A stretch of DNA of 64,000 bases from an uncultured Gammaproteobacteria bacterium (GTDB taxonomy: Bacteria > Patescibacteriota > Patescibacteriia > Magasanikbacterales > UBA922): positions 1,159,829-1,223,828 of the forward strand of contig OZ246405.1 of the NCBI GenBank assembly GCA_965231005.1. Direction: 5' to 3'. The first letter of the stretch is position 1, and every line of letters begins with the position of its first letter. The position numbers were made by a program, and so were the translations under genes. This document shows, piece by piece, positions 56,233 through 64,000 of the stretch. The notes beneath the pieces are model-generated. The model saw nothing but the letters and a program-made list of their open reading frames with translations. It searched no databases and had not been told where the DNA came from.

Positions 56233-56769
56233 TTATTTATTTCCTCTACGTTTTGTATCTGCTTTTTTTAATGAAGATGTATTCATTTTTCCCTTTGCTG
56301 CCGGTGCTGATTTCTTTACGTTTCGAATTGATTCACCTTTTACTGATGCTGCTTCATTACTTTCTACCTTTTTATCATCGGCTGCCTTTTCAACTTTTTC
56401 TTTTGAAACTTTTTTCTTCTTTGTTTCGTCTGCATCACCTTCTAACACAATAGTAATGTGAGATGCTCGTTTTCTAAGTTTTGAAGCACGACCAAATGCA
56501 CGTGGCATCCATCTGTGCAATGTTTTTCCTGCATCAACAAACGCATATTTTACAATCAATGAATCTTCCTTAATCTGATGATTATGAATTGCATTTGCTA
56601 CTGCTGATTTCAATAATTTGATCACAGGAAGTGCAGCGTGTTTTTTTGAAAATTGTAATTGAACAAGCGCATCCTGAACAGAGCGACCACGAATAAGATT
56701 GACCAACAATCGTACCTTTCTTGGACTAATCTGTAACTGTCTTAATTTTGCGGTTGTCTGCGTTTTCAT
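56233..56769 (-). CDS. rplV: 50S ribosomal protein L22 with a Lys-rich C-terminal extension.
   Basis: AKLRQLQISPRKVRLLVNLIRGRSVQDALVQLQF. Confidence 0.92.
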   Translation of the reverse strand: MKTQTTAKLRQLQISPRKVRLLVNLIRGRSVQDALVQLQFSKKHAALPVIKLLKSAVANAIHNHQIKEDSLIVKYAFVDAGKTLHRWMPRAFGRASKLRKRASHITIVLEGDADETKKKKVSKEKVEKAADDKKVESNEAASVKGESIRNVKKSAPAAKGKMNTSSLKKADTKRRGNK

Positions 56770-56778
56770 AAATATTTT

Positions 56779-57063
56779 TTATCCTTTTGATTGTTGTTTT
56801 GCCATTTTACCACCATGACCTCTAAACTTTCTTGTTGGTGAAAATTCTCCCAATTTATGTCCAACCATATTTTCATCAACCAATACTTCAATAAACTGCT
56901 TTCCGTTGTGGACTGCAAAATGCATACCTACCATTTCTGGTGTTATTGTTGATGATCTTGCCCATGTTTTAATGGCCTTTTTATCACCAGTAGCCTTTGC
57001 TGCCGCAACTTTCTTTAAAAGTTTGGCGTTGACAAATGGTCCTTTTTTTAAACTTCTTGACAT
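56779..57063 (-). CDS. rpsS: 30S ribosomal protein S19.
   Basis: [19 protein letters not shown]...HNGKQFIEV...GHKLGEF. Confidence 0.95.
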   Translation of the reverse strand: MSRSLKKGPFVNAKLLKKVAAAKATGDKKAIKTWARSSTITPEMVGMHFAVHNGKQFIEVLVDENMVGHKLGEFSPTRKFRGHGGKMAKQQSKG

Positions 57064-57081
57064 AAATCTTTGTTTATAAAC

Positions 57082-57930
57082 TTACTTTCTTCGTTTTTTC
57101 TTTCTTGATGAAACAATCAATTTATCACTTTTCTTTCCTTTCTTTCTTGTCTTCACACCAAGTGCTTTCTTACCCCATGGTGTTTTTGGTCCACCTTTCA
57201 AACCAATCGGTTGACTTCCTTCTCCACCACCATGTGGATGATCTACTGGATTCATTGCTTTACCACGTACTGTTGGTCTCCAACCAAGATGTCTTTTTCT
57301 TCCAGCTTTTCCAAGTCGAACTAATTTAAAATCTGAATTTCCAACTTTTCCTACTGTGGCAGTACATGTTTTCTTTACTAAGCGAACTTCCCCAGATGGG
57401 AGTTTGAGCTGTGCATACTTTCCTTCTACCACTTGCAATTGTGCTCCACCACCTGCTGAGCGAACCATTTGTCCACCTTTTCCAGGTTCTAATTCTACAT
57501 TGTAGACAAACAAACCTGCAGGAATAAATTCAAGTGGCATACGGTTTCCAACAGTTGCTTCTACTTTCTTTTGAGAAGATACAACTTTTGTACCAACCTT
57601 CATTCCTTCACCAGCAAGAATATATGCTTTTTCACCATCTTCGTATTGGATAAGAGCAATTCTTGGTGCACGATTTGGATCATACTCAATAGCAATCACC
57701 TCTGCAACCATGTCAAATGATTTTCGCTTGAAATCAACACGTCTGTAAAGACGTTTTGCACCACCACCACGATGACGAACTGTTATCTGTCCAGTATTAT
57801 TTCTTCCAGCACGTTTATTCAACATTTCTGTTAGTTTCTTTTCTGGTCTCTTTTTTGTGATATCAGAAAAGTTTTGAACGCTTGCTCCACGTCTTCCTGG
57901 TGTTGTTGGTTTGTATTTCTTTACTGCCAT
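57082..57930 (-). CDS. rplB: 50S ribosomal protein L2.
   Basis: [15 protein letters not shown]...HPHGGGEG. Confidence 0.95.
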   Translation of the reverse strand: MAVKKYKPTTPGRRGASVQNFSDITKKRPEKKLTEMLNKRAGRNNTGQITVRHRGGGAKRLYRRVDFKRKSFDMVAEVIAIEYDPNRAPRIALIQYEDGEKAYILAGEGMKVGTKVVSSQKKVEATVGNRMPLEFIPAGLFVYNVELEPGKGGQMVRSAGGGAQLQVVEGKYAQLKLPSGEVRLVKKTCTATVGKVGNSDFKLVRLGKAGRKRHLGWRPTVRGKAMNPVDHPHGGGEGSQPIGLKGGPKTPWGKKALGVKTRKKGKKSDKLIVSSRKKKRRK

Positions 57931-57939
57931 ATAAATATA

Positions 57940-58413
57940 TTAGACACCTGCGTGTACATCAATTTGTGTTCCTTTTGGAAGAGTAACCATTGCCTTTTTC
58001 CAATCTTTTCGTCTTCCTTGTGATCGACCAAATCGTACTTTTTTTCCATCCATATGAATAACACGTACAGTTTTTGGAAGAACACCATATACTTGCTGAA
58101 TAGCTTTCTTAATCTCAACTTTTGTAGCATTTCGTTCAACAACAAATGTATATACACCGTTTGATTCATTTCCTGTTGCTTTTTCTGAAATATGTGGACG
58201 AATCAATACTTTGTATGCATTTCCTAGACTGCTACCTTTCTTTACTTTTTTCTGTGTTTTTTCTGAAGCAGGAGCTTGCTTCTTTTCAACTTTTTTACTT
58301 TCAGATACTTTTTTTACTTCCTTTTTCTTTGCAGGTGCTTCAACCTTAACTTGAGCTTCTTCTTTTGAAGCTTCTTCGCCTTTTTTCTTTTTCAATTTAT
58401 CTAAAAGTCCCAT
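57940..58413 (-). CDS. rplW: 50S ribosomal protein L23 with an N-terminal Lys/Glu-rich extension of about 60 aa.
   Basis: YKVLIRPHISEKATGNESNGVYTFVVERNATKVEIKKAIQQVYGV. Confidence 0.9.
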   Translation of the reverse strand: MGLLDKLKKKKGEEASKEEAQVKVEAPAKKKEVKKVSESKKVEKKQAPASEKTQKKVKKGSSLGNAYKVLIRPHISEKATGNESNGVYTFVVERNATKVEIKKAIQQVYGVLPKTVRVIHMDGKKVRFGRSQGRRKDWKKAMVTLPKGTQIDVHAGV

Positions 58414-58422
58414 AATATGTTA

Positions 58423-59046
58423 TTACCCTAAACGTTTTTCAAGAATTTCAATATCTGACTTTGTTGCAATCACATATTGATGATCAAGCAAGTCAGTCAC
58501 ATTTACATCGATAGTACGTTGTAAATCTACTTTTGGTAAATTTCTTGTTGCTAAACGCAATTTATCGTTATTTCCAGCAAAAAGCAATAATGTTGATTTT
58601 CCTGCACCAGGCAACTTTGAACGAAGTGCAGCAATTTGCTTTGTCTTTCCATCTGATTCAAGAGCATCTAATACAATAAATTTTTCATCTTTTACTTTAT
58701 CTGACAAACAAACCTTCACAGCTTTTGCATTCATTTTCTTGTTAATCTTTTGCTTATAGTTTCTTGCTTTTGTAGGACCAAATGTTACACCACCACCAGT
58801 CCAAATTGGTGAACGTGATGAACCATGACGTGCACGACCAGTACCTTTTTGTCTCCAAGGTTTTCTTCCACCACCACGAACATCACTTCTGTCTTTTGTG
58901 TGTGCCCATGGCTGACGTAGATTTGCTTTAAGAGCTGTGTACACTTGGTGAACAACTGATCTTCCTTTTACACCAAAAATAGCGTCATTTAATTCAATGT
59001 CTTCAGTCTTTTTTCCTTCTTGATTGTATACTGCTACTTTTGCCAT
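58423..59046 (-). CDS. rplD: 50S ribosomal protein L4.
   Basis: GGGRKPWRQKGTGRARHGS. Confidence 0.93.
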   Translation of the reverse strand: MAKVAVYNQEGKKTEDIELNDAIFGVKGRSVVHQVYTALKANLRQPWAHTKDRSDVRGGGRKPWRQKGTGRARHGSSRSPIWTGGGVTFGPTKARNYKQKINKKMNAKAVKVCLSDKVKDEKFIVLDALESDGKTKQIAALRSKLPGAGKSTLLLFAGNNDKLRLATRNLPKVDLQRTIDVNVTDLLDHQYVIATKSDIEILEKRLG

Positions 59047-59055
59047 ACAATAGAA

Positions 59056-59994
59056 TTATTCTTTTCCAGCCGCAGGCTGGTCAGCCTCTGGCTGATCTTC
59101 AACTTTAGAAACCTCTGCTGCATCTTCTTTCTTTTCTTCAACTTTTTCAGCTGAGGGTTCTTTAGCCTCTGGCTGTTTGTCTTCTGATTTTGTTTCTTCT
59201 GCAACTGGAGCATCTTCTGTCTTTTCTTCAGCTGCAGGAGTTGCTTCTTCTTTCTTTTCTTCTGACTTCTCAGCTGCTTCTGATTCAGGTGCTTTTTCTT
59301 CTGTTTTTGATTCTTCAGTAGTTGCTTCTGCAGCAGCATCTTCAACTTTTTCGTCCTTTGCAGTCTTTAGCTCAATATTTCCTTCTGCTGTTGAAATAAG
59401 AAGTAATCCACCTCGTGCTCCAGGAACTGCTCCCTTGATCCAAAGTTCTTGTGTTTCTGGATGTACTTCTAAAATTTCAAGATTTTTTACTGTTACTTGA
59501 TCATCCCCCATGTGACCACCCATGCGTGTTCCTTTAAACACACGTGCTGCATCTGTTGCACCAATACTACCAGGCATACGAAGCTGATCTTTGTGTCCAT
59601 GACTTGCAGGTGAACCTTTAAAGTTGTGACGTTTTACAACACCTTGGAATCCTTTTCCTTTAGAACGGCCTGTTACTTGTACTTTTTCTCCAGATGTAAA
59701 TGTGCTTACATCAAATGAATCACCACGTTTTAACCCTTGATCTGAATCAACACGGAATTCACGCATATGACGGACAGTTGGAAGACCTTTGATATGTCCT
59801 TGTACTGCTTTTGACAATCTAAATTTCTTTTGTTCACCAAACCCAATTTGAATGGCACTAAAGCCATCCTTTTCCTTTGTCTTTACCTGGGTAACAACAC
59901 ATTCTCCAGCTTGAACACGAGTAACAGGAACTACTGTTCCGTCTTCTCGAAAGACCTGTGTCATATTTAATTTTTTTCCCAAAATAAATTTCAT
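59056..59994 (-). CDS. rplC: 50S ribosomal protein L3 with a C-terminal acidic/Lys low-complexity extension of about 100 aa.
   Basis: MKFILGKKLNMTQVFREDGTVVPVTRVQAGECVVTQVKTKEKDGFSAIQIGFG. Tail ...EEKKEEATPAAEEKTEDAPVAEETKSEDKQPEAKEP.... Confidence 0.92.
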   Translation of the reverse strand: MKFILGKKLNMTQVFREDGTVVPVTRVQAGECVVTQVKTKEKDGFSAIQIGFGEQKKFRLSKAVQGHIKGLPTVRHMREFRVDSDQGLKRGDSFDVSTFTSGEKVQVTGRSKGKGFQGVVKRHNFKGSPASHGHKDQLRMPGSIGATDAARVFKGTRMGGHMGDDQVTVKNLEILEVHPETQELWIKGAVPGARGGLLLISTAEGNIELKTAKDEKVEDAAAEATTEESKTEEKAPESEAAEKSEEKKEEATPAAEEKTEDAPVAEETKSEDKQPEAKEPSAEKVEEKKEDAAEVSKVEDQPEADQPAAGKE

Positions 59995-60027
59995 ATTCTG
60001 TTTACACTGTTGTCAGGTAAATAAAAA

Positions 60028-60089
60028 CTAGAAGTTCAAAGGAATACTCTCACACCATTAACATTGGGAATATTCCTTTATACTTCTAG
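60028..60089 (-). promoter_or_regulatory. 62-nt extended imperfect hairpin (8 bp + 2x2 internal loop + 9 bp, 24-nt loop) in the unusually long S10-L3 spacer. On the minus strand it lies in the predicted 5' leader of the L3 operon; a candidate ribosomal-protein autoregulatory leader.
   Basis: ctagaagt tc aaaggaata [24 nt] tattccttt at acttctag. Confidence 0.4.
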
Positions 60090-60246
60090 CCAAATATGTC
60101 CTTGCGGACTATTCTATGTGGCTTTTTGTAATAGTATTGTAATTATCTTCACCTCTTTTGCTTGTACATATACTCACGCGTAGATGTTTTCCAATCAATA
60201 TCTGATGGATCTTATCTAGTACAGAGTCGTACATTTAAGTAGCAAT

Positions 60247-60275
60247 ATTTTAATTGATTTTGTTTATTTTGTCAA
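60247..60275 (-). promoter_or_regulatory. Minus-strand promoter TTGACA-17-TAAAAT inside the S10-L3 spacer, about 245 nt upstream of rplC.
   Basis: The plus strand tgtcaa at 60270-60275 and atttta at 60247-60252 reverse-complement to TTGACA and TAAAAT with a 17-nt spacer. Confidence 0.5.
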
Positions 60276-60370
60276 GCCGTAAACCGTCTATCTTGTCCAC
60301 ACGTTACCACCAATAGAACATATCTCAAAAAAGCCTAATTTTTAGCAATATTTTGCTAAAAATTGACCTA

Positions 60371-60727
60371 TTAGCTCATCTTAATCTCAACATCCACACC
60401 ACTTGGAAGGTTCAAATTCATAAGAGCATCAATTGCTTTTGGTGTTGGATTCAAGATATCAATAAGACGTTTATGTGTTCTCATTTCAAATTGTTCAGCA
60501 GATTTTTTGTGAACAAATGTTGATCTGTTAACACTAAACTTATTTGTTTCTGTTGGAAGTGGAACAGGGCCAACAACGGTCGCATTATTTCTTTGTGCAG
60601 TATCAATAATAGTTTTAGTCGCACTATCAATAATTTTGTTGTCGTATGCACGAATCTTAATACGAACACGAGGTCCGGAATCTTTTTGATCTTCTTTTTT
60701 TACTTCTGTTGTTGCTGTTTTAGACAT
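60371..60727 (-). CDS. rpsJ: 30S ribosomal protein S10 with a short N-terminal extension.
   Basis: [38 protein letters not shown]. Confidence 0.93.
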   Translation of the reverse strand: MSKTATTEVKKEDQKDSGPRVRIKIRAYDNKIIDSATKTIIDTAQRNNATVVGPVPLPTETNKFSVNRSTFVHKKSAEQFEMRTHKRLIDILNPTPKAIDALMNLNLPSGVDVEIKMS

Positions 60728-60767
60728 ACTATTTTAAGTCGACGGTAATGAACGAAAAAAGAGCAAT

Positions 60768-60795
60768 GAAGCCCGGCCAAAAGGCCGGGCAACAT
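60768..60795 (-). terminator. Perfect 8-bp GC hairpin between tuf and rpsJ. The T-run on the minus strand is offset by 10 nt, so this is more likely an attenuator or processing site than an efficient terminator.
   Basis: gcccggcc aaaa ggccgggc. Confidence 0.35.
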
Positions 60796-60801
60796 GAAAT
60801 A

Positions 60802-61992
60802 TTACTTAGAAATTTTAGTTACTACTCCGGCACCAACGGTTCTACCACCTTCACGGATAGCAAAACGCATTTGTTCTTCCATAGCAACTGGAACAATCAA
60901 TTTGATCTTCAAATTAACTGTGTCTCCAGGCATAACCATTTCTGTACCTTCTGGTAATTCTACTTCACCTGTTACGTCTGTTGTACGGATGTAGAATTGT
61001 GGTTTATACCCTTTGAAGAATGGTTTATGACGACCACCTTCTTCTTTGCTGAGGGCGTATACTTCTGCTTCAAATTCTGTATGTGGAGTAATTGTTCCTG
61101 TCTTTGCAAGAACCATTCCACGTTGTACTTCTTCTTTCTTTGTACCACGAAGCAAGATACCAGCATTGTCTCCTGCTTGACCTTGTTGGAGGTTCTTGTT
61201 AAACATTTCAACTCCTGTAACAGTAGTCTTCATTGTTTCTGTTTGCATTCCAACAATTTCAATTTCTTCACCAACTTTGATGATTCCACGGTCAATACGA
61301 CCTGTTACAACTGTTCCACGACCTTCAATTGAGAACACGTCCTCAATAGGCATAAGGAAAGTCTTGTCTAAATCACGTTCTGGTGTAGGGATGTATTCAT
61401 CCAATGTCTTGAGCAAGTCAAGAACAGGTTTTGAAGCTGCTTCATCACTTGGATTTTCAAGTGCTTTCAAAGCTGAACCACGAATAATTGGAGTTGTGTC
61501 TCCTGGGAATTCGTATTTGTTCAAAAGATCTTTGATTTCTTCTTCAACAAGGTCGATAAGTTCAGGATCTGAAACTTGATCTACTTTGTTCAAAAATACC
61601 ACGATGTAAGGAACACCCACTTGACGAGCAAGCAAGATGTGCTCACGAGTTTGTGGCATAGGACCATCTGCTGCTGAAACAACAAGGATGGCACCATCCA
61701 TTTGTGCTGCACCAGTAATCATGTTTTTAACATAGTCAGCATGACCTGGACAGTCGACATGAGCATAGTGACGAGCTGCAGTTTCATACTCAACATGAGC
61801 TGTTGCAATTGTAATTCCACGTTGCTTCTCTTCTGGAGCAGCATCGATAGAATCAATGTCCTTTGTTTGGGCTGTTAAACCGTGAGCCCCAGCAACCTTA
61901 AGAATGGCTGCTGTTAACGTTGTTTTTCCATGGTCAACGTGACCAATTGTACCCACATTTACATGTGGTTTACTACGATCAAAATCTGCCAT
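60802..61992 (-). CDS. tuf: Elongation factor Tu. The start is taken at [25 protein letters not shown].
   Basis: [26 protein letters not shown]. The track ORF extends 8 codons upstream to 62016. Confidence 0.95.
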   Translation of the reverse strand: MADFDRSKPHVNVGTIGHVDHGKTTLTAAILKVAGAHGLTAQTKDIDSIDAAPEEKQRGITIATAHVEYETAARHYAHVDCPGHADYVKNMITGAAQMDGAILVVSAADGPMPQTREHILLARQVGVPYIVVFLNKVDQVSDPELIDLVEEEIKDLLNKYEFPGDTTPIIRGSALKALENPSDEAASKPVLDLLKTLDEYIPTPERDLDKTFLMPIEDVFSIEGRGTVVTGRIDRGIIKVGEEIEIVGMQTETMKTTVTGVEMFNKNLQQGQAGDNAGILLRGTKKEEVQRGMVLAKTGTITPHTEFEAEVYALSKEEGGRHKPFFKGYKPQFYIRTTDVTGEVELPEGTEMVMPGDTVNLKIKLIVPVAMEEQMRFAIREGGRTVGAGVVTKISK

Positions 61993-62134
61993 ATGGAGAT
62001 CTGATGTTGTCCGCACTACCTTGAGTGGTCAAGATAGTTTTGTGATCCAGCGGTGTAAATTACGAAATTTATATAAATTTGTCTATAATAAGGTATTTTT
62101 TAAAATAAAAAACGCCTAATTTATACGCGTGATG

Positions 62135-62163
62135 ATTATACTATATCTCTCTTGTGCTGTCAA
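62135..62163 (-). promoter_or_regulatory. Perfect-consensus minus-strand promoter TTGACA-17-TATAAT, about 135 nt upstream of tuf.
   Basis: The plus strand tgtcaa (62158-62163) and attata (62135-62140) reverse-complement to TTGACA-17-TATAAT. Confidence 0.6.
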
Positions 62164-62184
62164 GGGAACGCTGTGGGAAAATTG

Positions 62185-62206
62185 TTAATTAGTTAATTAG
62201 TTAATT
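62185..62206. repeat. Tandem octamer TTAATTAG x2.75 just upstream of the tuf promoter -35; an AT-rich UP-element-like repeat.
   Basis: ttaattag ttaattag ttaatt. Confidence 0.8.
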
Positions 62207-62264
62207 TGGAATTAGAAATTTAATACTCTCCCAATAAACTAATTAACCATTTTACCAATTACCT

Positions 62265-62846
62265 CTATATCGGTTCTTCAAGAAATACTGGATCATCATC
62301 TAATCTTTGTTCATCTAATTCTCCAATATTTTCTTGCTTTTTAAATGGAACATCAAAAGGAAGATCCTCTACTGTTACATCATTTGACTGCTCCTGAGAC
62401 TTCATCGAGTCAAACTTTTCTTTAATAACTTCTCCTGCAACTGACCAATGAGGAATTGGATTTGAAGAAACCGTTTCCAAGAACGATGGATCTGGAGATG
62501 GTGATTGCGGAGCTTCAAAAACTGGATCTTCTTCTTGAGAAATGTGAGCATCCTCGTCTGGGGTAAATGTTGTCTCAAAAGGATTAACTGGATCAGGTCT
62601 ATGTTCAGATTCTACATTTGAAGATTCAAAAATAATATCTTCACTTGGTCTATCAGCTGTTATATCATCAAAATCAAACGCTGGCTCATCACTCATCACA
62701 CCAAATACATCTGTTTGGGAACTGTCAATAAGTGCTTCGTATGAATCAAGATCCATAATAACAATATCAACATCTTCTGCTGGGTCATGCACAATAAGAC
62801 GATCTCCTGTTCTTCGTGCTAAATCAATTAATCTTTCAATACTCAT
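62265..62846 (-). CDS. Hypothetical acidic protein: a folded N-terminal roughly 45 aa followed by a D/E/P/S-rich disordered region.
   Basis: MSIERLIDLARRTGDRLIVHDPAEDVDIVIMDLDSYEAL.... 193 aa. Confidence 0.5.
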   Translation of the reverse strand: MSIERLIDLARRTGDRLIVHDPAEDVDIVIMDLDSYEALIDSSQTDVFGVMSDEPAFDFDDITADRPSEDIIFESSNVESEHRPDPVNPFETTFTPDEDAHISQEEDPVFEAPQSPSPDPSFLETVSSNPIPHWSVAGEVIKEKFDSMKSQEQSNDVTVEDLPFDVPFKKQENIGELDEQRLDDDPVFLEEPI

Positions 62847-63035
62847 AATAAAAATGCTTTAAATTCGCCAAAGGCGAACCAGCCTCTGGCTGGGGCTTTA
62901 AAAGCTTAAAAGGCGCTCCTATTTCTATCCTTCAACTGCATAGTATCAACGTGACTACACACTGTCAACATATCTGTAGATAGACTGTGAGGTAAAAGCA
63001 AATAGTAGAAATTAACCCCTTTGAGACGTTATGCC

Positions 63036-63064
63036 TTTTATCGCCTTTTAACATATGGTATTAT
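63036..63064 (+). promoter_or_regulatory. Putative extended -10 promoter (TTTTAT-17-TGgTATTAT) ending 7 nt before the mutS ATG; a leaderless mRNA candidate.
   Basis: ttttatcgccttttaacatatggtattatccatgatATG. Confidence 0.35.
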
Positions 63065-63071
63065 CCATGAT

Positions 63072-64000
63072 ATGACGCAAGAAGAAGTAGACATTCAACT
63101 AAATAATCCCAAAAAATCTGTTATTGAGGGATACTTAGAGCTTCAACAACGATTTGAAGAAATTTATGGAAAACATACTGTTGTTGTTATGGAAGTTGGA
63201 TCTTTTTTTGAAGTATATGGTGTTGAAAATGATACAGAAGTTATTGGCAAACCAAGAGAAATTGCTGATGTATTGAACATTCAATTAACAAAAAAGAACA
63301 AATCAATCAAAGAAAATAATGCCAAGAATCCCCTTCTTGCAGGTTTCCCAACTGCAACATTTGATAGATATATAAGTCGTCTTGTTCAAGAAAAAAAGTA
63401 TACATTGGTTATTATCCGCCAAAAAGGTATTCCACCAAATGTTACTCGATACATTGATAATATTATTTCTCCTGGAATAAATATTGATTATTGCTTAGAT
63501 CACAATGACAATTTTATTTGTTCAATTCTTATCGACGAACACCATGGGGTATATTCTGTAGGATATGCTGCGACCGATGTGACAACAGGAAAAACGTACG
63601 TCTTTGAAGGACATGGAACAAAAGAAGATAAAACTGCTGCACTAGATAACTTATTCCGACTGCTCCAATCACACAACACAGCTGAAATTGTTCTTACACT
63701 CGGATCAGAAACAATAGATAGAAAAACATTACTTGATTACTTGGAACTTGGAGAATTCGAGCAAATACATGTACGAGAAAAAAGGCTCCCTGTTCAATAT
63801 CAAAATGAACTATTTAAAAAAGCATATACAATAGAATCGTTTCTCTCCCCTATTGAATTTCTTGATATTGAAAAACAACCTCTTACCTCTGAAGCACTTG
63901 CACACCTGCTTGAATTTATTGTTGATCATGACTTCAACATTATAGAGCAGCTGAAGAAACCAACGTTGATTGATGCATCAAACTATTTGTATCTTGGAAA
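63072..64000 (+). CDS. mutS: DNA mismatch repair protein MutS, N-terminal mismatch-binding and connector domains; 3'-partial (runs off the window).
   Basis: Hand translation MTQEEVDIQLNNPKKSVIEGYLELQQRFEEIYGKHTVVVMEVGSFFEVYGVENDTEVI...PLLAGFPTATFDRYISRLV matches MutS domain I. No stop before 64000. Confidence 0.8.
   Translation, partial: MTQEEVDIQLNNPKKSVIEGYLELQQRFEEIYGKHTVVVMEVGSFFEVYGVENDTEVIGKPREIADVLNIQLTKKNKSIKENNAKNPLLAGFPTATFDRYISRLVQEKKYTLVIIRQKGIPPNVTRYIDNIISPGINIDYCLDHNDNFICSILIDEHHGVYSVGYAATDVTTGKTYVFEGHGTKEDKTAALDNLFRLLQSHNTAEIVLTLGSETIDRKTLLDYLELGEFEQIHVREKRLPVQYQNELFKKAYTIESFLSPIEFLDIEKQPLTSEALAHLLEFIVDHDFNIIEQLKKPTLIDASNYLYLG

Noticed and set aside
59034-59500. ORFs 59034..59345 - and 59177..59500 + within the L3 C-terminal extension
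   Set aside because: They are alternative frames of the GAA/AAG-rich tail of rplC and give low-complexity translations.
60748-61579. Short plus-strand ORFs antisense to tuf and rpsJ
   Set aside because: They are antisense to highly conserved genes and show no start signals.
1-64000. CRISPR arrays, transposases, integrases, restriction-modification or known defence-system genes
   Set aside because: I found no regularly spaced direct repeats and no ORF with recognisable transposase, integrase, Cas or RM motifs. The mobile-looking regions here are small cargo inserts without recombinase genes.

Overview
The window is an AT-rich bacterial segment (roughly 33-38% GC in most genes) with the look of a Candidate Phyla Radiation / Patescibacteria (Parcubacteria-like) genome. 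It holds a long minus-strand ribosomal-protein superoperon (tuf-S10-L3-L4-L23-L2-S19-L22-S3-L16-L29-S17-L14-L24-L5-S14-S8-L6-L18-S5-L15-secY-adk-map) that lacks L30. Several ribosomal proteins carry Lys/Glu-rich extensions, and many proteins are small or fused. Housekeeping genes present: clpB-like (5' partial), radA, recG, der, pth, dprA, folC, topA, rel/spoT, parAB, scpAB, aspS, asnS, argH, recO, ruvX, and mutS (3' partial). A NitT/TauT-type ABC transporter sits next to a TrmB-family regulator. There are two tRNAs, Arg-GCG and Leu-CAA. Features that stand out: (i) a secreted/membrane gene cluster at 2.4-7.8 kb with an acidic disordered membrane protein, a TM-anchored PD40 beta-propeller, a DsbA-like oxidoreductase, and a Cys-rich protein fusing a CPR-type T4SS-pilin-like two-TM domain to a VanY/M15 peptidoglycan peptidase; (ii) a sharply bounded very-high-GC insert between radA and recG that encodes a 111-aa ORF with its own SD; (iii) a compositionally distinct island of about 3.3 kb (11.95-15.2 kb) with a consensus promoter, tiny ORFs, stacked hairpins/terminators, a GC-rich structured transcription unit, tRNA-Arg, an SGNH hydrolase and a HAD hydrolase; (iv) a GC-rich structured candidate ncRNA between convergent genes at 39.5 kb; (v) a tRNA-Leu locus with a consensus promoter and a decoy-like duplicate of the tRNA 5' end interrupted by a perfect 20-bp palindrome; (vi) repeated near-consensus TTGACA-17-TATACT promoters, several giving leaderless mRNAs, plus AATTAACC tandem octamers. 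No CRISPR array, transposase or integrase was seen. All calls rest on reading the sequence and the ORF translations by eye; no searches were run.
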